In this document: one piece after another, positions 1 through 10,559 of the stretch
Numbering within the stretch: the first letter of the stretch is position 1
Layout: the number at the start of each line of letters is the position of its first letter
Virus record (IMG/VR): IMGVR_UViG_3300021197_000748
Coordinates: 1-57,038 of that record
Strand: one strand, 5' to 3'
Origin: a virus
Lineage: Duplodnaviria > Caudoviricetes
DNA: 57,038 nt
Program-made: the position numbers and the translations under genes
Notes under the pieces: model-generated
What the model was told of the DNA's origin: nothing
The model's input: only the letters and a program-made list of their open reading frames with translations
Database searches by the model: none

Positions 1-3000
1 CCATCTTCCTCGGCGGTACGCGCCACAGGTCGAACGACGTCGCCCGTGCTGGCAGTACCTCGGTCCGCGCTCTTCGGCGGGGGAGGTCCCATCAGCGGGG
101 CAGTGGTTTCGGTCTTAGTGCCCGGCTTCACCGGGTCATCACCGATCGCCTTGGGTCGCTTCTTACCCTTGGTCTTAGGCTTCGGCTGCTCCGGAGTCAG
201 GATCTTATCCTGGAGCTCCGTGAGGAAGGCACGGCCACGCTTGGCGTTCTTGACGACATACGCAGCGTCTTCCTCAACCGTCTTCCCAGAGATACCGCGA
301 AACGGTGAGTTCTCGGGAACAGTGTAGTTAATAGCTTGGACTGAAACGTTGGGATCGTCCATAACGATCTCGGACTTGGTAGTCTCGCGTTCCAGCCATC
401 CCAGCTCGACAAGAGCGTCGAGCGCCAGCTCGGAATCCTCGGACTCATACTGCTTCTGCTTCATGGCTGCCATCTGCTTCGCAAAGTCTGCGCGCTGGGT
501 AGCCGAAAGCTTAGAGTTGAGGTTATGAGGAACGTACTTCCGGGGATCCATACCGTTCGAGTCCATGGACCCGTTACGCTTGGCATTCTCAAACACCCGC
601 TGGAAGTAATCAGTGAGCTGGTTGTTCATAGCGAACACATCATCCAGCATCCGGTCAGCATCCCCACCATACTTCTTAATAAGGTCGGGCATCTGCTCGG
701 TAATAGCCTTAGACAGTGCGGCTCGTGCTTCGGGCGTATCATTAACCAGAAGACCGCGCATACGGAGCTGCTGCACCGCTGACTGGAACTGCTGGTAAAC
801 CTTCGGCCCGAGCTTGGCTGCCATGTCTCGCGTAAGGCGACGCACGGCAACGGTTTCCATCATCGCCGCATTGGCGACACCTTCGATGCTCGAAAGGTCG
901 GAGCGACCACCGTAGCGCCGACGTCCGATGTGCTGGTTACCAATGAACTGGGCACCGGCACGGATCAGTCGGATGTTACTACGGAACAGTCGAGCCTGAC
1001 TCTGGGGAAACAGAGCCACCCGAGAGAACATCGCCTCAATCTTATCACCGATAGGAGTCTGCTCAAACATATGCTTGAGCATGTGCCGGTCAGCGCTTGC
1101 ACCAGTGGTGCTCACGAGCTCGGGGTCCACACGGTCAACCAGACGCGTCAGGGCGTTGGACATAAGCATCCGCCGCTCGATGGGCGTAAGGTTTTCATAG
1201 GTCTTAGTCTCGGCCTCAATCCGGTCAAGAGCAGTCTTGGCATCATAGTCATCGACACCGAGCGCCTTGTAGTCAGCACGAAGCTTCTCTTCCTGCTTGC
1301 GGATCTTGTTGAGTGCCTCGTTAAGGTCGGCCGCGCTGCGCTTAAAGCGGTTGCGGGCACCTTCGTATGCAGCCACGATACGCTTGCGCCGTGCGGCGAG
1401 ATCGCGAACCTTCTTGTAGGCTTCACTCTTACGGAACGCGGCGAAGTCGTACGAAGCGTTAGCCTCGTCAACCACCAGGTTCTTAGCAGAGCCTTCTTCC
1501 CACAGCTTGTTGATGATATCAGCACCTGCGGGGTTGTCGTTCAGGAGCTTGGCTCGGGCCGTGGCGTTGCCAGCGGTACCGATATAAGAGTCGATGAACC
1601 TAGCGATCTGCCGGGTGGTCATACCGAGACCACTCGCGGACTTAGTAGTCAAATCATTAGCCACGTTAGTCATGATCGCGCGGAGCTGGATAGCACGCTT
1701 GAGCGTGGGGTCAGCCGCGATAGCCTGACGGCCAGCGATCTTCATCTCAGCCAGGTCGGCAACAATACGGCCGATCTGATCTTCTGACATATAGGCTTTG
1801 AGATTATTATCAATAAGGAACTTAGTAAACTGGTCGAGAGCACGTCCATCGCGGACGGCCGTCATGATCTTAACGAGATCAGTGACATCCTCGGCCTTTA
1901 CGTCCTCGCCGCGCATCATCTTGGCCATAATGTTTTCGGCCTTGTTACGCGTGGTAGGCGACGGGTCGTTAGTGACCCGAGCGCTGGTGGCGAAGTTGTC
2001 GGCAGCCTCAGCATCACGCTGGGCCATCGCACGCTGGAGCCGCTCGGCTCGGGAAACAACCGCGGCCGGCTGAGGTCCTTCGACCTCGGGGCCACGCTTG
2101 CCTGCAGCAAGATCTTCGAGCGACACAGGACCGCGCTTGACGGGTCCCGGCGCCTGAGCGATCGAGCCACCGCGCGTTGCGATCTCTCGCTGAGCCACAT
2201 AGCCCTTCCACAGGGTATCGAGTTCAGCCTTGCCGATCTTACCGTCGACGCCGAGGTCAGATGCCACCGCGAACAGGAAGTTAACGACTTCCACGCGGGA
2301 CATACCGATCGAATCGAGCTCAGCAGAGTTGAGCATGGCCGCGGCGCCGTCCGACGCTTCCACCGGGCCATCATTTTCGACGTGCCGCTGGAAGAAGGTG
2401 TTAGCACTATCGAGTGCGGCCTGACTGCTCGCCTGTACACGGACAGCAACCTCGGGAGGCAGACTACCGTGGGACAGAGCGAATTCGAGTTCATCATTAT
2501 TAAGAGTTCGAGCAATATCATATGCCTCGGCTCGCATCTTCGCATCATCGCCGAACATACCCATACGGGCACCGGCGCGGGACGCGTTGCTACCGAGCTT
2601 GCCAATGCCGCCAACGGTCTTGGCGACACCGGTGAGACCAAGCGGGAGGGCCAGACTGAACCCGGCGCCCATGGCACCAGTGAACGCGGTATCCTCAGCC
2701 GCAAGGCTCGAGTCGAACTGAACGGAGGTACGGCCGCGCTGGTAGTTACCGAGCTGAGCGTCAATCGACGACACAAGCCCACTACCCGCAGACATAGTAC
2801 CTTCCATCACGGCGTTCTCAACAAGGAACCGGCCAGAGCTTCGCCAGAAGCCTGCACCAGCAACCTTGGCTGCCGTAAACCTAACTGCACCGGCCCCGCC
2901 AGTAAGCGGACCACCGATAGTCATATCAAACATAGCCATCGGATCATCAACCATGCCGCGGTACATATCACCGCCGAAGCGCATGGCACTACCGAACCAG

Positions 3001-4307
3001 GAGCCCTCGCCGTATTCACGGTCGATAGCCCGGGTACGCATCTTGTGGCCTACGATCTGGAGGATCTCGCGGTCGGCGAGCATGATGAGCGAAGCCTGGT
3101 TACGAACCATAGCCTGCGCATCATTGTCTGCCCCGTTCATGAAGACCTCGAACGTGATGCCGTTCTCTTCAAGAATATTCCGACGGTTTTCATCGAGCGC
3201 AGCCCAACCCTTTTCCGGGGTGAAGCCGTGCTCCTGCTGCATGGCCAGAGCTTCCGTAAAGAAGTCCTGCCCAAAGACTCGTGAGGCCGCAGCAACGCCA
3301 GCAAGGCCTTCTGCTCGCTCTTCAGGAGTCTTACCATTAATAAATTTATTAGCACCTTCCATACCGAGGTCCTGAACCTTGCGGATCATGAAGGCACCGG
3401 TGAGCTCGCTCTCCGCTGCATTCAAGTCCAGCCCAAGCTCACGAGCCTCGGCGAACCACTCCTGCGCCTCGGGGAGGGCAAGCGCGTTCTTGAGGTAACC
3501 CATGTCGTTTGCACCGAGCTGGAGCCGCTCGCCCGCCAGGCGGGTGTGCAACTGCTTGATCGCATCGACGTCACCTGCTTCAGCAGCCTGGACCACACGG
3601 TCGTTGGCGCCAAGCAGGGACTTACCGGCACGGATCATCTCGGGCAGAAGGCGATTGCGCACCGCTTCGCTGTCCATGTTCTCAACTCGCTCGGCGAGCA
3701 TACGGTCAGAGCCGGAGGCTCGGATCGCAATGCCCAGCACGGAGTTGTCGTACAGTCCGATAGCGCTAGCCGCGTCACTGATGGTATCGCCAGCCATCTG
3801 GAAGATGTTCTGTTCCATACCAACCTGTCCCGTGCTAAAGCCGGGGATGTTCTGCTCGCCGAAGACGCCCTCTCGCCCGCCAAGGCGGATACGCTCTTCT
3901 TCGCGCGTAGCTTCACCAGCGATCTGGTCGAACATAGCCATCGTCTCGATCTCACCGAGCTCATAGTGAGCAAAGATTGACCGGACACTGTTCTGATGTG
4001 AAGCCCAGCGGATGTTGTACTTAACTTCCTGCAAGTTCTCGTCCATACCCATGGTGATACGCGAGTTTGCGGTGTCAGTGTCCTCGGCAGCACCAAAGGC
4101 ACGAGCGCCGTAGTGGTCGGGGTTCTGCCACATCAGAGTATCAGCATCGATGCCAGACATCTTAGTTACCACGCCGTCGAGTCCTGGCATTTCAACCATC
4201 TCGTTATCGATACGGTACTGGTCAGCCTTGGCATCAAACATGTCATACTCGCCGTATGTCATCGGCTGGGCACGGGTGCCCATCAGCTTATCATAAGAAT
4301 TACTCAT
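1..4307 (-). CDS. Very large internal virion/ejection protein (T7 gp16-like), partial, runs off the left edge
   Basis: Not in the ORF track because it has no stop in the window. ATG at 4307 follows an AAAGG RBS and reads MSNSYDKLMGTRAQPMTYGEYD...; the frame is still open at position 3 (...DVVRPVARTAEED) and the track lists no terminated ORF in this frame. More than 1430 aa, Ala/Arg/Asp-rich, third of a gp14/15/16-like trio. Confidence 0.75.
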   Translation of the reverse strand, partial: MSNSYDKLMGTRAQPMTYGEYDMFDAKADQYRIDNEMVEMPGLDGVVTKMSGIDADTLMWQNPDHYGARAFGAAEDTDTANSRITMGMDENLQEVKYNIRWASHQNSVRSIFAHYELGEIETMAMFDQIAGEATREEERIRLGGREGVFGEQNIPGFSTGQVGMEQNIFQMAGDTISDAASAIGLYDNSVLGIAIRASGSDRMLAERVENMDSEAVRNRLLPEMIRAGKSLLGANDRVVQAAEAGDVDAIKQLHTRLAGERLQLGANDMGYLKNALALPEAQEWFAEARELGLDLNAAESELTGAFMIRKVQDLGMEGANKFINGKTPEERAEGLAGVAAASRVFGQDFFTEALAMQQEHGFTPEKGWAALDENRRNILEENGITFEVFMNGADNDAQAMVRNQASLIMLADREILQIVGHKMRTRAIDREYGEGSWFGSAMRFGGDMYRGMVDDPMAMFDMTIGGPLTGGAGAVRFTAAKVAGAGFWRSSGRFLVENAVMEGTMSAGSGLVSSIDAQLGNYQRGRTSVQFDSSLAAEDTAFTGAMGAGFSLALPLGLTGVAKTVGGIGKLGSNASRAGARMGMFGDDAKMRAEAYDIARTLNNDELEFALSHGSLPPEVAVRVQASSQAALDSANTFFQRHVENDGPVEASDGAAAMLNSAELDSIGMSRVEVVNFLFAVASDLGVDGKIGKAELDTLWKGYVAQREIATRGGSIAQAPGPVKRGPVSLEDLAAGKRGPEVEGPQPAAVVSRAERLQRAMAQRDAEAADNFATSARVTNDPSPTTRNKAENIMAKMMRGEDVKAEDVTDLVKIMTAVRDGRALDQFTKFLIDNNLKAYMSEDQIGRIVADLAEMKIAGRQAIAADPTLKRAIQLRAIMTNVANDLTTKSASGLGMTTRQIARFIDSYIGTAGNATARAKLLNDNPAGADIINKLWEEGSAKNLVVDEANASYDFAAFRKSEAYKKVRDLAARRKRIVAAYEGARNRFKRSAADLNEALNKIRKQEEKLRADYKALGVDDYDAKTALDRIEAETKTYENLTPIERRMLMSNALTRLVDRVDPELVSTTGASADRHMLKHMFEQTPIGDKIEAMFSRVALFPQSQARLFRSNIRLIRAGAQFIGNQHIGRRRYGGRSDLSSIEGVANAAMMETVAVRRLTRDMAAKLGPKVYQQFQSAVQQLRMRGLLVNDTPEARAALSKAITEQMPDLIKKYGGDADRMLDDVFAMNNQLTDYFQRVFENAKRNGSMDSNGMDPRKYVPHNLNSKLSATQRADFAKQMAAMKQKQYESEDSELALDALVELGWLERETTKSEIVMDDPNVSVQAINYTVPENSPFRGISGKTVEEDAAYVVKNAKRGRAFLTELQDKILTPEQPKPKTKGKKRPKAIGDDPVKPGTKTETTAPLMGPPPPKSADRGTASTGDVVRPVARTAEED

Positions 4308-4348
4308 TGTTAACCTTTCAGTTGGGGTTCATTCGAAGCCATACTTTT

Positions 4349-4386
4349 TAAAAGAAAGCCTACGGCCCCTGTTACGGGACCGTAGG
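4349..4386 (-). terminator. Intrinsic terminator
   Basis: Minus strand CCTACGGTCCC-GTAACA-GGGGCCGTAGG followed by CTTTCTTTTT, just after the stop at 4398. Confidence 0.8.
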
Positions 4387-4397
4387 TATAAGATGTA

Positions 4398-7300
4398 TTA
4401 ATCGCCAACACGGAATCTGCGAGGCTCTTCGTTCTCCTGCAGCTTACGTGCGTTCGCAGCCACGATAGCTCTACCTTCGAGCTCACCCGGGCTGGTCTTC
4501 TGGTTACTGGTACTAATAATACCACCACCAGCGACGGTGCTACCACGTCCACTTTGGGCCGCGACTGTTCGTCGTTGCTTCTCATTAGCAATCTGTACTC
4601 GTTGTTCCTCAGTAGCCGGCACGCGTACAACATTACCGCCGACGCCGACAAACAATTGAGCAGCACTTGAATGCTGGTCACTAGACTCGTAAGCAACTTG
4701 ACCACGGAAGTGCATCTGCTTGTCGCCCACGGGAAGATCGTTATTACGGCTAAGGCTCCACTTTGCGGAGACCTTTTCATTGAGTGCATCCTCAACAGCC
4801 TGCATAAACTTGCCACCAGCAAAGCCACCACCCATAGCCCAGGTTTCAATAACCTGTTCTGCTTCAGCAGGGTCCATGCCGTAGTCAGCGATATCGATAT
4901 CAAGAACCTCAAGCATACCGAGCGTAGCCGTAGCAGCGCTATCGGCAACTTGAGTACTATTCTCACCGCGACCGGCAGCGTTGAGCCACATCTGGCGGCC
5001 AACACTAACCTGCACGGTACCGCCAACGCCGTTGAGATCAACAGTTCCGGCATAAGCCGTCTCAATATCCATCGGCGGACGAACGCCATTAGAGGCACTC
5101 ATACCGCTGATAATTGTAACCATTGCTTCCTGAGCGCCAACTGGCGCCATGGCATCCTGGCTAGTCATCATAATATCCTCAAGACCACCACCAGCAAGGC
5201 TGCGGGCCCAAACCTCTTCGGTCTTGGCAAGAGCGAGGTTACGCTCAATCCACATGCGGGCACCAGCTGAGGTCTCCGGATCTAGCAGGCTCGCCTGAAG
5301 CGGCGCATTGCCGGGAGTCTTCTCCCACTGAGCGCCGAGTACCTGCATGATCGGATCACGCTCAAACTTCTCCAAGTTCTGCGCAAGGGTACGTTCGTCC
5401 AGCCCGGGGTTCAAGATCCCAGCAACGGGAGCCATGTAGTCCGTTTCAACCATAGCCTGCATAGCCTGGCTGGTCGCGGCACCGTAGGCTGCGTTCATCC
5501 ATTGGTCTCTACCCTCCGCGGGCAAACCCATGGCGTCGTAGAGCCCAGCGAGCTTCGTGCCCTGGGTGAGCTCCCAACCAAAGCGGCTAACGTTTTCCGG
5601 ATCAGCCGAGCCCGTCGCAATACGCATAGCGATATCACGGGTTTCGGTCCGGCTGTACAGCGCGGCAAGGTTATTAACCTTAACCTGTTCACTCTGAGCC
5701 AGGGTCCCGTTTCGCAGCGCCTCGATGCTCACCTCAGTAGGTCGCATAGTCTGGAGCACCTGCTCATGGTCGGGGCCTTCAAGCATCGCCGAGATGGCGA
5801 CGACTGAATCGGCCGGGGTGAACGGGCTCGCAAGAAGCATAGACAGCTCCTGCGCACTTTCGGGCCGCAACGGATCGAAGGTGTCGAGCAGCGTTTTTGC
5901 TGCGCGGTTCACCTGATCCGGGGTCGGTGCATTGGGGTCAAAAGCAACGGGCTCGTTCGGGTTTTGCATCTGCTCGAACCGAGCGTTCTGATAACCACGA
6001 ACCATTTCAACATTCTGCAGTTCCTTAACCTTCTGACGGTGGGCAGCGATTGCTGCACCCATACCGGCGGGCGGACGCTGGCCATCTGAGCCAACGTACA
6101 CGAGCGGGCTGTCACCGAGAGCGGACGCAAGCCCGTGCGTGTTTTCTCGGCCGTCGAAGTTAAGCCGTATGGCCCAACCAGAGTCGAGCATACCCGGGTT
6201 TTCGCCGAGCGCGCGATTAAGCTCGCTCATGGAGGTAAACTTATGCATCGCCTGGCCGTCGGCGCCTACGAGCGCGATGTCCATAGTGCCGTCGAGGCCA
6301 GATGCCGCAGTAGCCACATTACGCACAAGTGTGTTGGTCGCACCGCGGTATTGGCTGAGGCTCTGTATCTTAGGCACAGCGGCCGACCACTCGTCGACGT
6401 TGCTGGCAATACCAGTCATCATATTATCCTGTCGACCTTCCACCAGCTTCTTACGGAGGCTACCAATCGTACCATTCCAGTCTTCTTCACTCGTAAAGCC
6501 ATACTGGCTGTAGAAGTCTACATCACCGTTAAGGGCCACGAGCATTGAATCAAAAGCCTGGTTACGCTGGTTGATAGACATATCACCATGGATGATCGCA
6601 TCCGCGGCGCTACCGAGATAGTCAACCAGCGCCTTGCGCGACTTGGTTCTACCATCGTCGTCTTCCGTGGCAAAGGCGGCAGTAGTGCCAACCGAGCCAT
6701 CGATCACCGCGGCCATAGCCGTAAGATCGCCACCTGCGGCAGCGGTACGGACCAGCATCGCCGGATCGGTGGGACCAACCTTGGGAGCAGCAGCCTTACG
6801 CGTGGACGTGTGGTTCCGTGAGAACCCGCCGTGCGACATAACAGTTGCCAGCTCGTCAAATCTATTAGTATCAATCAAATCGGGGTTATCGAGGGGACCG
6901 GCAAACTCGCCGAGGTCCCTCGCCACCGCTTCAGCCATCTCTTCACCGATATTACCAGCGAAGTGACCCTGATGGACTACGCCTTGGTTATCTCGATACT
7001 GGATACCACCATCCGGAGAGATGACGATACGATCACCATTCTCACCACCGCCCATGAGCGAATACATTCGCGCCACGTCGTTGGCCTGTGGAGTCGAGAG
7101 ATCATAGGCGCTTACGCCAGCCTTGGTCAGGTTCTCACCGAGCTCGAAGCTCGTACCCTGAACCGTAGACTTGTACATCATGTTCTGGATCTGTCGGCCA
7201 GTACCAGCCACGGACCCGTTGAGCCGGATCCGCTGCTTGTTCAGCTCTGCGAAGTAGCGAGAGTCCGGGTCGGCCGTAGCCAGCATCCGGTTAACCTCGT

Positions 7301-7820
7301 CGAGCGCGTCGCTATCGTTCATCTTCGAGAGGATACCGAGGGAGTTGTTGAGCTTTTCATTCTCAAATACCATCTCCTCCTTACCCTCAATTTGCGCCAT
7401 GGCAGTATTGTACTTCTTAGCCGTCACGTCGTTAGGACGGTACGTGTGGCCTCGAGCCCACTCAGCCATCTTGCGGGCGTCTCCACCCGTCAAGCGCTGC
7501 TGCTCGGCCATCTCGCTTTCAAACTGAGCATACTCCTTTTCGGAGGTATACTGATACATCTTCTGATAGTTCTGGATACCCTGCTGGGCACCAACGGCCG
7601 CACCCTGAAGAATGGTGAACAGCTTGCTGCCGTCATCCTTGATACGAGCCTGCTGGCCGATCTGGATCTGAGACGGTGCGGACTCCTGGAGCTTGGAGAT
7701 CGCAGCACCAATGGCTGCTCCCTCTGCTCCAACAATTCCGCCTACACCTTCCGGGTTAACCGTCTGTCCTTGTAGCTGTGTCGCGCTGCCGCGAGCTCGC
7801 TTATTATCTGGTTGTGGCAT
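4398..7820 (-). CDS. Internal virion protein (gp15-like), 1140 aa
   Basis: Long Ala/Gln/Met-rich ORF with AAAGGA RBS between the gp14-like and gp16-like genes; assigned by size and position only. Confidence 0.6.
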   Translation of the reverse strand: MPQPDNKRARGSATQLQGQTVNPEGVGGIVGAEGAAIGAAISKLQESAPSQIQIGQQARIKDDGSKLFTILQGAAVGAQQGIQNYQKMYQYTSEKEYAQFESEMAEQQRLTGGDARKMAEWARGHTYRPNDVTAKKYNTAMAQIEGKEEMVFENEKLNNSLGILSKMNDSDALDEVNRMLATADPDSRYFAELNKQRIRLNGSVAGTGRQIQNMMYKSTVQGTSFELGENLTKAGVSAYDLSTPQANDVARMYSLMGGGENGDRIVISPDGGIQYRDNQGVVHQGHFAGNIGEEMAEAVARDLGEFAGPLDNPDLIDTNRFDELATVMSHGGFSRNHTSTRKAAAPKVGPTDPAMLVRTAAAGGDLTAMAAVIDGSVGTTAAFATEDDDGRTKSRKALVDYLGSAADAIIHGDMSINQRNQAFDSMLVALNGDVDFYSQYGFTSEEDWNGTIGSLRKKLVEGRQDNMMTGIASNVDEWSAAVPKIQSLSQYRGATNTLVRNVATAASGLDGTMDIALVGADGQAMHKFTSMSELNRALGENPGMLDSGWAIRLNFDGRENTHGLASALGDSPLVYVGSDGQRPPAGMGAAIAAHRQKVKELQNVEMVRGYQNARFEQMQNPNEPVAFDPNAPTPDQVNRAAKTLLDTFDPLRPESAQELSMLLASPFTPADSVVAISAMLEGPDHEQVLQTMRPTEVSIEALRNGTLAQSEQVKVNNLAALYSRTETRDIAMRIATGSADPENVSRFGWELTQGTKLAGLYDAMGLPAEGRDQWMNAAYGAATSQAMQAMVETDYMAPVAGILNPGLDERTLAQNLEKFERDPIMQVLGAQWEKTPGNAPLQASLLDPETSAGARMWIERNLALAKTEEVWARSLAGGGLEDIMMTSQDAMAPVGAQEAMVTIISGMSASNGVRPPMDIETAYAGTVDLNGVGGTVQVSVGRQMWLNAAGRGENSTQVADSAATATLGMLEVLDIDIADYGMDPAEAEQVIETWAMGGGFAGGKFMQAVEDALNEKVSAKWSLSRNNDLPVGDKQMHFRGQVAYESSDQHSSAAQLFVGVGGNVVRVPATEEQRVQIANEKQRRTVAAQSGRGSTVAGGGIISTSNQKTSPGELEGRAIVAANARKLQENEEPRRFRVGD

Positions 7821-7831
7821 AGTTAATCCTT

Positions 7832-8590
7832 TCAGCCTGTGTAGAACCGAGAAAGCCCGGCAAGGTTTGTCTGTGCCTGGCCGATGCTGTTTCCACCAGC
7901 GCCAAACATGCTAGACATATAGTCATTAGCGGAGGATGCCTCGAGTGCACCACCACCGCCCTGTGAGCCATCATACATACCGGCTGCGCCACCGATGACC
8001 TGACCCATAGCGCCAAGTGCGGTAGCCGCAAGCTGGCCGCTGGTATCGGGCATCGGGATCGGGCTGCTCGGGAAGTACGTCGGCGGCTTCGGCGTTGCCG
8101 AGCCGCTGAACAGCTGGGCCATAGCGGCATTACGCTTGTTCTCGAACTGGTCACGCTGGTTGCTGAAGTTCACCCGGATCCGGGCGGAGTCAGCAGCAGC
8201 ATCACGGTCGAGCTGAGCGCGGACCGCATCGGCGGTACCACCACGGCCAGCACCACGGCTGGTCATGGACATCTCCGCTCGAGCCTTCTGCTGGCGGAAG
8301 TTACGACTGAACTGGTTAGAGGCGTAGGCCTCCTGGTTACGCGACGCCCGCTTCTGGGCGAGCATCGTAGCCAGGCTTTCCTTCTGGCCTTGGCTCTGTC
8401 GCAGCACCTTCTGCATCTCAGCGAGACCCATCTGGCCACGCTGCTGCTCAAGGTTGTACTGCTTCTCAAACTCCTGGAGCTGGCGGTTCATTTCTGCCTG
8501 AGCTGCCTGAGCCTTCTGCTGCTGGCCCTGTGCGGCCGAACCCATAATGGACCCAACGGCACCGAGCGCCAAACCTGCAAGCATAATCAT
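7832..8590 (-). CDS. Internal virion protein (gp14-like)
   Basis: N-terminal Gly/Ala hydrophobic segment (LAGLALGAVGSIMGSAAQ), Gln/Ala coiled coil, then a second Gly-rich hydrophobic segment: typical podoviral ejection protein layout. Confidence 0.65.
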   Translation of the reverse strand: MIMLAGLALGAVGSIMGSAAQGQQQKAQAAQAEMNRQLQEFEKQYNLEQQRGQMGLAEMQKVLRQSQGQKESLATMLAQKRASRNQEAYASNQFSRNFRQQKARAEMSMTSRGAGRGGTADAVRAQLDRDAAADSARIRVNFSNQRDQFENKRNAAMAQLFSGSATPKPPTYFPSSPIPMPDTSGQLAATALGAMGQVIGGAAGMYDGSQGGGGALEASSANDYMSSMFGAGGNSIGQAQTNLAGLSRFYTG

Positions 8591-8593
8591 AAT

Positions 8594-10300
8594 TTATCTC
8601 CTTAAGAAACTTCCGCGCTTTGGGCGGTTGTTGCCAAAAATAGTTGTTACACGAGATGTACCACTGCCACCGCGAGCGTCGCTGATGACCTGGCCTCGAC
8701 GTGAGTCGTCGACCCACATCTGAATATAGTCTTCCTCGGCCTTCGCAATGTTACGAGCGGCCATCTCATCAACATCCACCTGCAGCCCGTCCCGCCAGTG
8801 ATCACAGGCAGCCGAGAGCACATCAACACGGTCATCGTGCTTGAGCGCTCCCTTCATGTCCGTGAGACGGGTGAGCTGGATCTGGTTCGGCTCCTCGCGG
8901 ATTGCCTTGGTGTTGAACACCAGACGATGAGCAGCCATAACAGGTTCGATATTACTAATCATTCGAGCCTCCTTCATACCGGAGACCCTATATTCCTCAA
9001 CGCCCACCTGGCCACAGATCCTGCCCACCACAGGGCGGAGCAGCGCAGCCACGGTACCATCACCGAAGTTGCTTTCAACGTGGATCTGGTTTGCGTTGTA
9101 CTGTAGAGCGTACTTGGCGATCTTCTCGAGTGTCGGCTCATCATAGCCACCCTCGAGTCCCACCAGCTCATGGACAACAATATATCCATTAACCAGTGAA
9201 GCCACGCACAGGCCCGTTTCATCCTTACCGCGGCCAGACGGGTCAACGAAGACGCACGTCTGGGTGTAGGGGATGTACTCGCCGGACACGTACATTGGCT
9301 TGTAGATCATATCACCGGACATCCCGAAGCTAGGCACCTTTCTGTGCGCCTCGCCGTTGGCCCAGACGATCTTGGCCGGGAACATCTCGGGGTCTACATC
9401 GAGCACGATCAGGTCAGCAAGCCGCAGTGGATACTTGTCCACATCAGCCAGCGAGCAGTCGAGCCTGTAGTGTAGGTCAAACTTGGCGGGGCCGATCTTG
9501 GCCCGTCGCTCATCGAGCAGCTCACTGCTGAACCGCTCGGGCTGGGTCGAGTCCCCGGGCTCCAGCGGCAGATCCTTGATCCACTGAGCCACGTTCTCGC
9601 TCTGCGACTTGATCGTAGGATCAGGCATGCAGGCAGGGAACTTGACCTGTGGGTAGCCAGCGGCAAGCTGGTTGTAGATAGAATCGCGCGTCTGAGGCGT
9701 TCCGAGCATGATAACTCGTCCACCGGGGTTACGGATCTGCTCGAGCTCATGGAGCCGTCCCAGCAGCTTCTCGCGCTGCTCAGCGGTGTCTGAGTTGCCT
9801 TCGATCTCGATATCATCGGTGATGACGATATCAGCATGGCTACCGGTAATCTGACTGGTAATACCACGGGCAAACACCGAGCTGTCCTGGCCCACCTTGG
9901 ACCGGGCGCCACTGTTAAACGCGAAGGCGTTGTCAGTCATGTGGTCACCCGGTGCTAGGTGCTGGCAGTAGGGTACGAGGTCACAGATCCGCCGGGTCAT
10001 GGAGATAAACTCCACAGCCTTCTGAGCCGTAGCCGACAGGACCATGATCGTGCAGTTGGGGTCTCGGAGCAAGAACCACGATACGAGGATCGAGGTCAGC
10101 ACCGACTTGCCGGCACCACGGCCGGCCTGGAGCTGCATGTCCTCGCCATGGTGCTGCAGCGATTCCATCATCGCGTACTGCAGGGGCGTGGGCTCAACTC
10201 CAAATAGATATTTAATACACGCATACAGATGGTTACGAGCATCCTCGACCATCTCCATGGGGACGTCATCTGGGATGTCGTCATGTGAAATTGGATTCAT
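8594..10300 (-). CDS. Terminase large subunit (T7 gp19-like)
   Basis: QAGRGAGKS Walker A, ITGSHADIVITDDIE, LGTPQ, VDPSGRGKDETG, ESNFGDG and HDDRVDVL nuclease motifs. Confidence 0.97.
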   Translation of the reverse strand: MNPISHDDIPDDVPMEMVEDARNHLYACIKYLFGVEPTPLQYAMMESLQHHGEDMQLQAGRGAGKSVLTSILVSWFLLRDPNCTIMVLSATAQKAVEFISMTRRICDLVPYCQHLAPGDHMTDNAFAFNSGARSKVGQDSSVFARGITSQITGSHADIVITDDIEIEGNSDTAEQREKLLGRLHELEQIRNPGGRVIMLGTPQTRDSIYNQLAAGYPQVKFPACMPDPTIKSQSENVAQWIKDLPLEPGDSTQPERFSSELLDERRAKIGPAKFDLHYRLDCSLADVDKYPLRLADLIVLDVDPEMFPAKIVWANGEAHRKVPSFGMSGDMIYKPMYVSGEYIPYTQTCVFVDPSGRGKDETGLCVASLVNGYIVVHELVGLEGGYDEPTLEKIAKYALQYNANQIHVESNFGDGTVAALLRPVVGRICGQVGVEEYRVSGMKEARMISNIEPVMAAHRLVFNTKAIREEPNQIQLTRLTDMKGALKHDDRVDVLSAACDHWRDGLQVDVDEMAARNIAKAEEDYIQMWVDDSRRGQVISDARGGSGTSRVTTIFGNNRPKRGSFLRR

Positions 10301-10340
10301 GTTGTACTCCTTAATTTAAAGGACGAACGAGGCGTTAGCC

Positions 10341-10559
10341 TCATCCGCCCGTGTTGAGTTTGAACGGGGCCGAGTCACGGAGGATATTCTTAATCTCCTC
10401 GGACTTGACGGTAGGCATGTCATCCATGTTCCCTCGGTAATCCGAGAGAAGACCACGAGCAACCTGCGCCCAGCCCGCGGTGGGCTCGCGCTCGAGCTCG
10501 TTGATGACAGCCGAGAACAGAACCTGTTCCAGCTGTTCAACCTTGTTATCTTTCATCAC
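10341..10559 (-). CDS. Probable terminase small subunit (gp18-like)
   Basis: 72-aa helical protein directly upstream of TerL; PTAGWAQVARGLLSD resembles the gp18 core helix. Confidence 0.55.
   Translation of the reverse strand: MMKDNKVEQLEQVLFSAVINELEREPTAGWAQVARGLLSDYRGNMDDMPTVKSEEIKNILRDSAPFKLNTGG

Noticed and set aside
599-612. Plus-strand CTGGAAGTAAT matching the promoter core
   Set aside because: Short, inside a CDS, on the opposite strand and lacking the flanks; probably chance.
46-4313. Many short ORFs on both strands
   Set aside because: All lie within the giant minus-strand ORF starting at 4307.
4310-5098. 262-aa minus-strand ORF
   Set aside because: Alternate frame of the gp15-like gene that runs through a terminator.
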